A stretch of 64,000 nucleotides of DNA from Asterias rubens (Eukaryota), in NCBI RefSeq assembly GCF_902459465.1, contig NC_047071.1, positions 17,546,001-17,610,000 on the forward strand, in the 5' to 3' direction. Under the pieces are notes generated by a model. The model made no database searches. It was given only the letters and a program-made list of their open reading frames with translations, and was not told the DNA's origin. Below, in pieces: positions 12,401 to 23,900 of the stretch. The first letter of the stretch is position 1; every line of letters starts with the position of its first letter. The position numbers were made by a program, and so were the translations under genes.

Positions 12401-15371
12401 ACAGCAAAACTTGAACATAATTTTTCAAACCAGGGCTAAAGAACAGCTATCGGATTACTTGCTTTCTTCGAAAACTTCCATGGCAGTTCTAACATAATAC
12501 GCTCTTTTCCACCTGATTTCTTATGCCCTATGGCAGTGTATACCTTTGGTAGTTACTCCCAAAATCAAGGACCATAACAACTTCAGAAGCATCGCAGATG
12601 TTTTACTGTAGATAACACTTTTTGAGAAACTATTCATTTAAAAAGAAAGGAATTCACACACATATTTCACTCTGAGAAACAATGGATATCGTCCTGCGTG
12701 GCGGAGATTGTCGCTCGAAGTTTTCGGTGATATCTACAGTGTGTATAAAAAGCCTGTAGCGAGTGAATACAAAGGGTCTTGCGAACACTTTTCCCTGTTC
12801 GTCTTCATCATTATTTTTGTTTTGTACCGATCCTAAATTTTTACAAACTTGTACAAATTTGTATAAAACAGGCGACGGCTCTTTCATGTACATCGATGGA
12901 CAATCATCAACACCGGGTTCAACTGCATCAATTCTCAGTCCCTTAATGGCGGGACACGCCACGGAACACTGTATTGACTTCGATTACGCATTGATCAATG
13001 ATGATACGGGAAAGTTGATGGTCACTGTGGTCCAGAAGAACGGACTGCCCCACGATCTGATCATTAGGGACGGGAGAAAATCGTGGACTCACGAGAGGAA
13101 AACGGTCACAAGGGCTGAAGTTGGAGAGGAATTTATGGTAAGGTTATGACAAACACTTTTAACAATATCCATACAATAACCCTATGGCTGCCAGGTAAAG
13201 TGTCGTAAATTTCACGGTGGAAGTTTTTCAAACTACCCCTTCAAGGCACAATTTTACAAAAATGCCCACCGTGAAATTTACGATACTTTACCTGGCAGCT
13301 AGGGTGCCAGGTAAAGTACAGTAAATTTCACGGATTTAAAAAAATAAAATTGTGCAGCATTTTTTTTTTTTTTGAGCCGTTTGAATGTTTTAATCCTAAA
13401 CAAATGCAGATGATTGTATACAATTTAAGTAAATGTGTAGACATTTATTTTCAATGGGAGACTTTGGAACGCTAGGTGGCAGCAGACTTAAAGATGCTAT
13501 GTCAGATTTTTGGCCCCAAACATTAAAAAATAGATTTTTTTGAGTAAATGGTATTTCAAAGAGTATCACCCGCTCTAACGAAAAAAATTTTAACTTTTAC
13601 TTTTAATGGTCAGGAACCATTACAAACATTTAAAACGTTTCTTATAAAACACATAAGAATTGGTCACGTGATATATTGTCGGGATCCCGACAAGAACTAA
13701 TTTTGAGCACTTTATTTCACTGCTACTAATAATTGGCGGACTTTTCGAGCAATGGCTCAAATGAAAGCTTGTAACTTTCTCGACCCCCATCAAAATACCT
13801 ATTGAATTTTAAACAAAAAATGTTGGGTCAAATTGGCCAAAAATCTGACATAGCATCTGTAACAGGTAAATCTCCATTGTTTACGTAGGTCTGAGCATGC
13901 GCACATTACCGAGAACAATGGATTTTACCTGGTAAGTCTGCTGCCACCAAGCGTCCCAAAAGTCTCCCATTGATCGCGTTTTTGAGATATCGCCAAAAAT
14001 CTGGAGCGGTTACACAAGTAGAATAATCCCCGTTATGGATATTCAGATTTTGGGGCATGAAGACCTATCTTTTTAGATATCCACATTACATTCGAAATGA
14101 AAACAAGGCTTCTAGCCAAAAGTTGTGTTGTAATTATTTTTAAAGAGCGATTGCCAAACTTATACATCGTACCTTCCTGATAAACCGAACATCAAGTATT
14201 ATAATGTAAGTAATGCAAAACGTTTACATTACCGATGATAAGTTAAGCCGAATATCGATGATAATTTAGTCAAGCAAAACGTTTAAATTTGAGGGGTTTG
14301 ACAACAGAGGGTAAAACGTTTAATTTAGAACAGTTTATGGACAATAAAGTATTGCACTTTTTTTTTTCCTTGACAGATTTTCTTCACAGGAAAAGTTGGT
14401 TTAAAAAGCACCGGTTACATAGCCGTTGACAATCTTCTAATTAGAGAAAAAGCATGCGATGCCCGTAAGTAATATAGTCTAGATACATTTATAAGTCAGT
14501 GAGTGGCGAGTGGCTACTTAAAACAAAATCAAACGCTATGTCAACCTGATCAACGTTTTGGGGATTATTTTTTTTTTAAAGAAAGAAAGAAACAAACAAC
14601 CCAGCAAACAACCATAGCAACAGAACAGGGTTCCATGGTTCTACAATGTGTACAAGAAAGATATTTGAGGAAGATTTATCAATAACATGTTTTCATTTGT
14701 GACCTTTGTTTCAATTAATTTGATGTCAAATTAAATGTCTTCACAATCATCTAATTAAGTTTGCTGATGTCAAATATAAATGTTCATTTTTCATGTTTGC
14801 ATCATATTCTTGTTCTGCCAGTATTTTTTTTATATATATATTGTGTTTAAACAAAGGACAACTGACTAGAGCGGTGACCTCCGGATTAACGTGCCGGCGC
14901 TCTACCAACTGAACTGTCCAGCCGGCCCTATCCCTATAGTGCATATCTTTGCTCGGTTTTTGTTTATTTTTTTAAACAATGCTTCTTCAGTTTCCTAATG
15001 CCCGGAATTTGGTACGGCTTAGCGTTTTATATTTGCATCACACATTTATTTGTTCTAATGGTTGTTATTCTCTTTCCAATACCACTTTAGTTGCAACGCC
15101 TGGAACCCAGTCCGGATTTGCCTCCTCCGGAGGCTCCACCGCTACTGCCGTGATATTAGCCATTCTGCTGGTCCTTGTAGTAGCTATGGCTGCTGCGGGC
15201 GGAGTCTACTACTACCGCCGCCGGGTGATGACCAAGTCCATACCGTCCGTCCAATACCACAACAGGGAAACCGATGACAACAATGGTGTCGGCCAGAAGC
15301 CATCGCTCGGGAATGATCTCACTATAGACAACCCCAACTATGCTAATGCCGTTCTCCAAAGTAATGCTTAA
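432..15371 (+). CDS. Multi-MAM-domain type I transmembrane protein (MAMDC4/MALRD1-like); 5' end lies upstream of the window
   Basis: 18 exons with AG/GT ends and consistent phases: 432-629, 1185-1456, 2513-2600, 3653-3799, 4909-5177, 6114-6207, 6674-6841, 7300-7571, 7803-7893, 8544-8723, 9397-9668, 10099-10180, 10703-10873, 11274-11536, 12116-12329, 12872-13137, 14377-14464, 15091-15371. MAM motifs recur six times (CDFE, DW, DHT, G.YMYI, C..F.YHMYG, GD.W, IAIDD). They are followed by a TM helix (AVILAILLVLVVAMAAAGGVYYY), RRR and a tail containing DNPNY. Confidence 0.9.
2716..3100. mobile_element. MITE family A (~380 bp, TTAA-flanked, AG..CT ends; Kolobok-like)
   Basis: TIR TTAAAG(A/G)CA.TGGACACTATTGGTAATT with an internal GATTTCGAGACCTCA..TGAGGTCTCGAAATC palindrome. 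It is near-identical to the other copies listed. TTAA plus RR termini fits Kolobok rather than piggyBac. Confidence 0.85.
3422..3572. mobile_element. MITE with TTAGGACGAG..CTCGTCCTAA core (copies at 6500-6637 and 49010-49152)
   Basis: Ends GATTTCAC(G/A)AA..TTGTGAAATC and a shared palindromic core. Confidence 0.65.
3824..4714. mobile_element. MITE family A copy interrupted by a hairpin element (~3912-4415)
   Basis: The MITE sequence GATAGTATA|AAACATTG is split by about 500 bp, with TATA on both sides. Confidence 0.8.
5200..5960. repeat. (ACA/ACG)n microsatellite around a 440-N assembly gap (5324-5763), plus a ~70-bp duplication at 5797-5950
   Basis: Seen directly in the sequence. Confidence 0.9.
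13488..13862. mobile_element. TTAA-type MITE nested in a family B MITE (13456-13968)
   Basis: TIR AGATGCTATGTCAGATTTTTGGCC / GGCCAAAAATCTGACATAGCATCT splits the left TIR region of the family B element. Confidence 0.8.
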
Positions 15372-16405
15372 AATACTACACCACTTAGCAGTGCTTCCAA
15401 AGTCAAAATAAAAATGCCATTATCCAGAGAGGCAAATTCTCTTATTAATTATTTGCATCAACTTGCTTATTATCTTGAGTCTCATATACAATCTAGGCTG
15501 GTGGATGGTAACACAGGCATGTGAGTAACTATCCATGAAAAAAAAGAGGAAACTCAAAATCCAAAAAGAGGAAATCAGCTGAAAAGAGGAAGTCCCACAT
15601 GCCTGGTAACAGAAGTAAAAGTACTATCTTGTCTCTTTTGAAGAAGATACTGCATATCCTTAAAAATAAAATTAAACTTTTGCGCATGATGAGCAAGTTT
15701 CATCCCACTAGTCGTTTTTCAAGTCGTTCTAAATAGATAGGATATTCAATCTAACAGACTAATTAAGAAAATATTTGTTATAATGTTGATATTGATTTTT
15801 CTATAAGTCACTTTGCTTTATTGCATAGCAATTTAAATATGTTATTCATTGCATATTCCATTTCAATTTATGTAGTTTGTGAATATTTTTGGAATAAGCT
15901 GGCTTTTTTCTCACCATTTTAGCGATGGTTACACTATGGGTGCAATTTCAACCATAGCATCTCACAATCAACTGATATTGAGTTCTGTTTTTCATCACCA
16001 TCACCAAAGAAAGTTTACTAGTAGCAAAAGCTCACAAAAACTAAACCAGTAATGCACTTAAAACAATATGATTATTTTTTTTGTGTCATCAGTTTAGTTT
16101 GAAAAACTGATACAAGTTTATATTACATTTAATGTTCTGCACTCAAATACTACAAGTACACTTTGCACAAAATAACAAATCTTGAAGAAATAGAGAATAA
16201 AGATGGTGACCATTTGTCCAGAACAACATACATTATGAAAGTGGTATAACCTTGTTTGGATATTGTTTTCCTTTTAGAAGAGTCTGGACAGTGCTTGAAT
16301 ATTCACAATCGAGTATAAAAGTCTTGTTGGTAAACTTATTAATATTGTGCTCAAAGCATTAACTCCTACACACAGGGAAAATAATACGTGCGTATAACCC
16401 ATGAA

Positions 16406-16771
16406 TGTGCACGTTTGGTATTACTCAAAACAAATATTAACTTAAAAACGGACTTGGTAACGAGCATTGGAGAGCCGTTGATAGTATAAAACATTGTGGG
16501 AAACGACTCCCTCTGAAGTAACGTAGTTTTTGAGAAAGAGGTAACTTCTCACTAAAAATAATAAAAGACTTCTAGCTAGAAGTCTTTTATTCCTATCGGA
16601 AAGCACACAAATTCGTCCAACAAGGGTGTTTTTTCTTTCATCATTTTCTCGCAACTTCGATGACCAATTGAGCCCAAATTTTCACAGGCTTGTTATTTTA
16701 TGCTTATGATGGGATACACCAAGTGAGAAGACTGGTCTTTGACAATTACCAATAGGGTACCTTGCCTTTAA
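16406..16771. mobile_element. MITE family A copy
   Basis: Same internal sequence and right TIR ending CCTTTAA. Confidence 0.8.
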
Positions 16772-17612
16772 CTCAACTGGTAATTTGGAGTTCACAAAGA
16801 CATACACATGTCAATGTGGACACAAAGGTCTGGAACAAGGATCTCAATTTTAGGTGTCATTAAATCGATCGCAGTTCAGCCTTTTGGTAACCCCTGGAAA
16901 GACCAGGACTCCTAGGAACTTTTGGGAACATACTCAACTACTCTGCCGTGTAACCTGTTCTTGTAAGTGGCAATATAACGCCAATAAAGATGATGATGAT
17001 AAATAACCTGTAAAACTCTGTTAATTACACCGTGTCAATTTAACAAATTTAATATCGAAGAAAACAAAAATCACAATCACTGTGGTTTGTGATTCCATGA
17101 TGATTACATTATTTGATGCTTGAAGTATATTCCAACAATAAACAACGATAATAATAACTGTACAAAAAGAACATTGTCAAAAATACTGTGTGACAACAGT
17201 TCATCGAGATCCCTCAATCAATACCAAAATCAATGAAACTGGAAAGAGTGGATTCCTCAGAGGTAACTGTGAGGGGACATGCAACTTGGTAAATGTATTA
17301 CATAAAATGGAGTCTGTAATACAAACAGAATTATGTACACCATTTCCTGCAGTGTTCTATGACACTCGAAGAGTGAAACCAGAGCCTAATTTCACGTCTC
17401 TGCTTACCGCTGAAACTCTGCACTTTCGATCACCATTCTCTACTTACTGTGCAAGCGCAAAACTTCTCCAAGAGCTGTGTAAGTGAAGAGTGCCTAATAA
17501 AGTTGAGTACGCACGCACACAAGCAAAACTCCCCTCTAACCCGTGAAATTCGCTTGATGTAAGCGCGTAATTTCCTTCTTCCAAAAGTGCCGACTATTTC
17601 AGTAAGCAGAGT

Positions 17613-17837
17613 CATGAAATTGGGCCCAGCTGAATAGCAGTGATGTTTCTAGGGCCCAATTTCATAAAGCTGCTTAGCACAACAATTTGCTTAGCATGAA
17701 ATTTCTTCCTTGATAAAAACAGGATTACCAACCAAATTTCCATGTAGTTTTCAGGATAAGCAAACATTGGCTGAATATGTAAGTAAGCAGTATGCAAAAA
17801 ATGGAAACTTACGCAATGTTTTCTGAAATTGGGCCCA
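17613..17837. mobile_element. MITE with TIR GGGCCCAATTTCAT (copies at 51110-51338 and 52190-52385)
   Basis: Shared internal TTTGCTTAGCATGAAAT.TCTTCCTTGATAAAAACA.GATTACCAACCAAATT. Confidence 0.75.
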
Positions 17838-17977
17838 TCTAGAAGTTACAGGTCTGTAAGAAAGGTGGGCAAACGCACGAACAACTTATTGAAGGAACAA
17901 CATGAGCAACTCTAAATAAGTATAACAAACACTTCACATTCTGAATACATAAATAATAATGTTGCAAGATCAGCCCC

Positions 17978-20900
17978 TCAATGGCTTCCTTTGACGCTGT
18001 AGTACATCTCAAGGGGTCGGGTCAACCGCCAGTATTTATCCTGAACTTGCTCCAAGGTCATTGATCCAGAAAGAATCTGGTGATGAGAAAATAAAAATAT
18101 GAAGAAATTTTTGTTTAACAATTGTCAGGAAACCTTCATAATCATCACATGCCTTGAGTTTTGCTCTTGAACGGGCACAGCCATTTACCTCAGATAAGGG
18201 GCACTTCTATGAGGAAAATGTCAATATATACTGGACAGTTGCAATGGGCACCATGGCAAAAGCACAGGGCACCACGGCAATTGCTGTGTGTGCCGTGGGT
18301 TCATTCGAGGCCGGTTTAACTTACCGAATATTGGCCAGGAGTGGATGCAATGCTGATGTCAAACTCCATAGGGCCTTCTGGATCTCGCCGGCCGCTCTCT
18401 GGAAAAAATAACCAAACACATTTTTATTTCGTTCAAAATTAATTACGCTATTCAATTCAAAAGTAAGTGTTTCTGTTGTTGTGTGTATCACTAGTTAAAA
18501 TTTGTTTACCTCACTACACCATGGAGGTACAACAGTGCTATTCATGCCAATAACAGCATGAACATGTGAGAGATGTGAGTGGAAAACCCCAAAGGAGTTA
18601 CCCACACATTTAGGTATGGACTGAAAACCCCAATCCATGTGCAAGGCTCCGGTCTGTGGTGATTTTTCGGACCGAGATCCTCGGAGGTGGAAGGCAAGGA
18701 AAGAAACCACTGAGCCAACCTGATCCCCCAATGGGGGACTTTTGGGACGCTTGGTGGCAGCAGACTTACCAGGTAAATCCATTGTCCTCGGTGATGTGGG
18801 CAAGCTTTGAACGTGTAATCAATGGAATTATACACAGTAAAGGCCAGGTTATAGTCGGTTGCAGGATGGTCCCGCGATTGAAATCTTGATGCGTGATCAT
18901 AAAACAACACAGTTTATAGGCCTAAGCGATGAGTATAAACTGTGTTTATTTAGGATCGCGCGTCAAGGTTTCCATCGCGAGATGGTCTCGCGACCGACTG
19001 TAAACCGGCCCTTAGTCTGCTGTCACCTAGCGTTCCAAAGTCTGCCACTGTGCTCTCATCTCATAATTCTAGTCTTATTTCATTTTGATTCTAGTCTCTT
19101 CTCATTTTGATTCTAGTCTCTTCTCATTTTGATTCTAGTCTCTTCTCATTTTGATTCTAGTCTCTTCTCATTTTGATTCTAGTCTCTTCTCATTTTGATT
19201 CTAGTCTCTTCTCATTTTGATTCTAGTCTCTTCTCATTTTGATTCTAGTCTCTTCTCATTTTGATTCTAGTCTCTTCTCATTTTGATTCTAGTCTCTTCT
19301 CATTTTGATTCTAGTCTCTTCTCATTTTGATTCTAGTCTCTTCTCATTTTGATTCTAGTCTCTTCTCATTTTGATTCAGGTCTTGTAAATCAAATCAAAA
19401 GTCTTGTGGATTTTCCTCCCAAAATCAAGCTCCGTGTTCATAATACACATAATATTGTGTAAATAATAATAATATAATATTGAAGTCTTATATAGCGCAC
19501 GTATCTACCAAACAAGGTACTCAAGGCGCTGAGTATATACAAACTTTAAGAAAGATAGGTAATTGTAGTGATGAATTCTGAGACCCAATTATTTAGCACC
19601 TTATAAGGGTTACAAGATGCTAAGGCGCATTAAGCAGCCACAACCAGGAACACCGAGAAGAACCCTTTCTCTTTTCGATAAGTGCACTGGGTTCTTTTAC
19701 ATGCGTTACACAACACATGGGACCAACGGCTTTACGTCCCATCCGAAGGACGAAGCAATGGTTAAGTGTCTTGCTCAAGGACACAGTGTCACGGCTGGGG
19801 ATTCGAACCCACACTCTGCTGATCAGAAACACCAGAGTTTGAATTCGGTGCTCTTAACTGCTCGGCCACGACACTTCCACAAAAAATATAAACTCTGACT
19901 GCGATTAAATGCATTGCACAGGGAAGTTTTTCAGAATGCTTACCTCTTGCATCCAGCGCGATACGCATAGAGAGATATTTGCCAAGGTGGTCAATGGTGG
20001 CAACGGCTGACGTCTTCAGGTACCTCATGGAATCTGATCTCAAGGCTTGGTGTTCGTGTAATGGGTGTGGCTTGAAGACAAGCTCTATCTCCTGGAAGAA
20101 GCACAGGATGATATGAAGAGTACGATATGCATTAACAAACATAATAAAATTATATCACATTATGAGGGTTTACAAGGGTGCTGTGGTTCAATCAGTAGCA
20201 ACTGCCAGAAACACAGGGGCGAACCCCCTTCTCTTTTTAAGTGTTAAACTGGGTTCTACATGCATTACATAAGACTTGCACCTTAACGTCCCATCAGAAG
20301 GACAAAGCAATAATGGTTTAAGTGTCTTACTTAAGGAGACAAGTACCATGACCAGGAACCGAAACCCACACTCTGCCGATCAGAAACACCAGAGCTTGAG
20401 TCCAGTACGCTGGATCAATCGGCCATTACACACAAGTTTAACAAAAACAAGTACGCGCTGAGATACAATGTTTTTTCAAAGAGCATTTTTGTGAGGGATA
20501 CATTTTTGCAAAATTGAGACACATCATTTTTTGCACTGATGCAACAACTTAAATGACTCATCATACATAACAGTAATACAGAGTATTATTTTTGCCCCGA
20601 ATCCACCAAATTAGGGTGCTCAAGTCACATGAAAGAGAACCCTCACACAGTAAAGAACGAGGAAAATCAGCCAAAAAACAATTACAAAAAGGCCATATTG
20701 CACAAGTTAGTTTTCATACTAATCTTAAAAGTTTCAACACTAGAAATAATATTACATACGTTATTGTGAGAATCGGCCAGGTCGGCATTACTACTATCAG
20801 TCACTTGTTCCAGGGCTTCAGTACTCGACTCGTCTGACGTTCGTAATCTCTTACAGGTTTCAACGTCACCAATTTCACCAAGTTCTGGTTCCGGTTCAGG

Positions 20901-23900
20901 TTCTGGCTCAAGGTCGGCGACCCCGTCAACAACCCCATCAACGACCCCATCGATGACCCCGTCGACGATCCCACCACCACAGATGGCATCGGTGGCCTCC
21001 ATGTCTTCATTTACTTGGTTGTGTTTCCTCTACGGTAAGATCAATAATCAATTGCAAAGCAATAATCAATGGAGCTCATATACATAAGAAGAAAAAACAA
21101 AACAGTTATTTTGGTAGGTTAGTTGAATTATAAACCTAAATATTTTAGGTGGTCCAATATTTATTATAGTTACATAGGCCTATACTTATAACTTTAAGCT
21201 ACGTACTTACAATAAAAAAAAAAATTAAAAAAATTATTCTATGCAAGTGGAAGTGGAACTTGTTATCAATCAAAAAACAATCTGTCAACAATACTAATAC
21301 AGATTATAACAGATATCGGTCTTTAAATTGTTTCAAGAAATAATAAATGCAATCAATCAATACATAAGTCAATAAGTATCATCCAAATCGTACTTATACC
21401 TTCAATTAAATATGAATCAACAATGGGTATATATGACAATATAAGTAAGCAGTGGAATTAACAGTGTTTCAACCAAAATCAATGTGCATGTATGTCTCTT
21501 GTTCTTGATTGTAACAGGTGGCAATCAATGGAATCAGTGAAATCAGTCAATATACAATCAATTCCAACAATCAATCAATCAAACAAATAAATAGTCATTG
21601 TACAATAAATTCACATCGTCAATCAATAAGTTAATATAAAACAAATGCACATTATCAATCAATCAATCAATAAAATCAGTAAATATCAAAAGTAGAGCAC
21701 ATCGACAATCAATCAATCAATAAATAGAATCTGTAAATGCACATGTACAATAAATGCACATCATCAATCAATCAATAAGTTACATCAGTAAATATACAAT
21801 ATTAATGCACATCACAATTAATAAAATCAGCCAATCATTATACATCAAACATACAATACAATCTGTCAATATAAATGAACAATAAAGTCATCACAAATCA
21901 AAGGAACGACTGATCACAAATGGGTAAATCAATGTTCAATCAATAGAAGTGATCATGTTCAATGCAATAAATCAATCTATCACATTCACAGATATTTGTG
22001 AAGATGTCATTTAAGTGCAATTTTTGTTGATGGTTTAAATCCCGCTCCAGTAAATTTGTCTCTGTTAAACCACAGATCAGGTGAGAGACTCGAGATTTTT
22101 GTCTACCTTCATGAGGACTCCATCTATGGGAAAAAGAGTGCATCACAAAACTGTATTTCTGAATTTGACCTCTTTGACTGAAAATTGTAAATTGCTTAGT
22201 TCTCTTACCACTCTCTGTGCTCTGTTCATGGCCTGTATTTTCAGTCCTTCCTCTATGCTATTACTCAATGCATTGGTATTGTGATGTCCCGTCAACTTCG
22301 CCAACACTCGCTCCTAAAAAGAAAACATTTGGCAAGAGTCAGTCATCTTTGCAGGCCTTGAACTTTGCTCTTGAAGGTGCAGAGCTGTTTTCATCTGGTA
22401 AGGGGCACCTCTGGCCCTTTTCAAAACCACGTCTTCGGCTTTGGATTCGGCTTGAGGCTCCATTCTCGTCTGAAGCCCCTTAGCGCATATAGTACCCAAA
22501 GCACGCACAATTGTCAAAACAACCGGCGAAGCAAAGCTAGCCTGAGCCGAACCAAAAGCTAAATCCAGTCGTTTCGAAAAGGGCCTCTATGAGGAAAATG
22601 TCTACTTGTACAGAAATCTTGCAAAAGGCATCACGGCGAAAGCACAGGGCATCACAACAATTGCTGTGGGTGCTGTGTGTTATTTTGAGGCCCGTCTTTG
22701 AATTCTTGCAAACTGTAAAAAAAGGGCATGAATTTTTTTGTCACCCACTATGGCAGGTTGTCTCGGTGGCTTCCTTCCGTACCTTTTGAATCCCGGACTG
22801 GAGCCTTGCAAACATTTTGGGTTTTCAATCCCATTGCGTGAGTTTCCCACCAGTTGGGTTTTTTACTCCAATATCGAAAACCGCCATTACTTTAACATCT
22901 CCTCTACAAGGGATATATCTTTAGACCTACAGGGCCCATTTTCATATAATAATAATAATAATAATAATAAATGAACATTTATAAAGCGCCTTATGCAACA
23001 TCTCAAAGCGCTTTACACAAATATAAAAATCAGCAACATAAAAATACAAAGAGAAAACACTCAGAAAATCTTACAATAAGCAGATAAGCAAAAAACATAC
23101 TAATAACAAATAAATATGAGTTTAAAAAGAGTTGATTAAAGCAGTGAATGATGTTTAACAATATTCTGATAAGTTAAAAAAATGCAGTTTGGGAAAGGTC
23201 TGTGCATGTTGGTGTATGTTTTTAAAACCACCAAAGTCATTAGGGGAATCAATGGGCGCGTTCAATTAGCTTCCTTGTGTTGACCCCGCAGTGCTCATTC
23301 AGGTGAGCCCCGTACAAGAGCTAATCGAACGATCACTCGCCCTCTTGTGGTGACGTCGTGCACCTCGGGCCAGCCCAAAGTGACCCGTTCCACAAGCAGG
23401 GCACTTGGGACTGACCCGGATGAGCCTCTGGAATGACGTCAAAGCTATTCGAATGTACTGGGGGCAGACTGGGGTCGACCTGGGGAAGCTAATCGAACGC
23501 ACCTAATGATAGTAAAAAATGGGCCATATTCCTACCTGGTGTGCCTCATACTCGTCCCTGCTGGGGTAGATCTTTGAAATTAAAGCGTCAAAGTTAGGAT
23601 CTGGACGAAGTGATCGTTTTGACACCAGCTTCTTCCGGCAAGTTGGGCATTCTTTGTTCCTGTAGGTCAAATTATTCAACAATGACAGCATTTAATAACG
23701 TATAATGAATAGGCACAATACTTAAACAGTCAGGTTGGTGTAGTGGTATATTTCCTAACTTTCCACGTGTAAGACCCTGAATCATGCAAGGGGCATTACA
23801 CGAATTGGGTTTTCAGTCCCTACTGACTGCATGAGTTTTCCCTAGAATAATTCTCTTGAATTGTGTGGGGCATAACAACTGTTATCTTTTACTTTGAAGT

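Noticed and set aside
14849-14935. tRNA gene
   Set aside because: It lacks the T-arm and acceptor stem and is one arm of the twin-tRNA repeat.
15357-15371. C-terminal PDZ-binding motif (QSNA)
   Set aside because: Ala at position 0 is a weak match and is unsupported without conservation data.
18542-18910. 122-aa minus-strand ORF as an RNF2 exon
   Set aside because: It is made of MITE B and SINE pieces; the RNF2 frame is complete using exon 18398-18325.
19066-19373. CRISPR-like array
   Set aside because: The repeats are head-to-tail with no spacers, in a eukaryotic intron, with no cas genes.
21940-22146. Possible extra RNF2 exon after a CCCATAG acceptor
   Set aside because: The flanking exons already join in frame (AQRV|RKH), and the peptide shows no similarity to the family.
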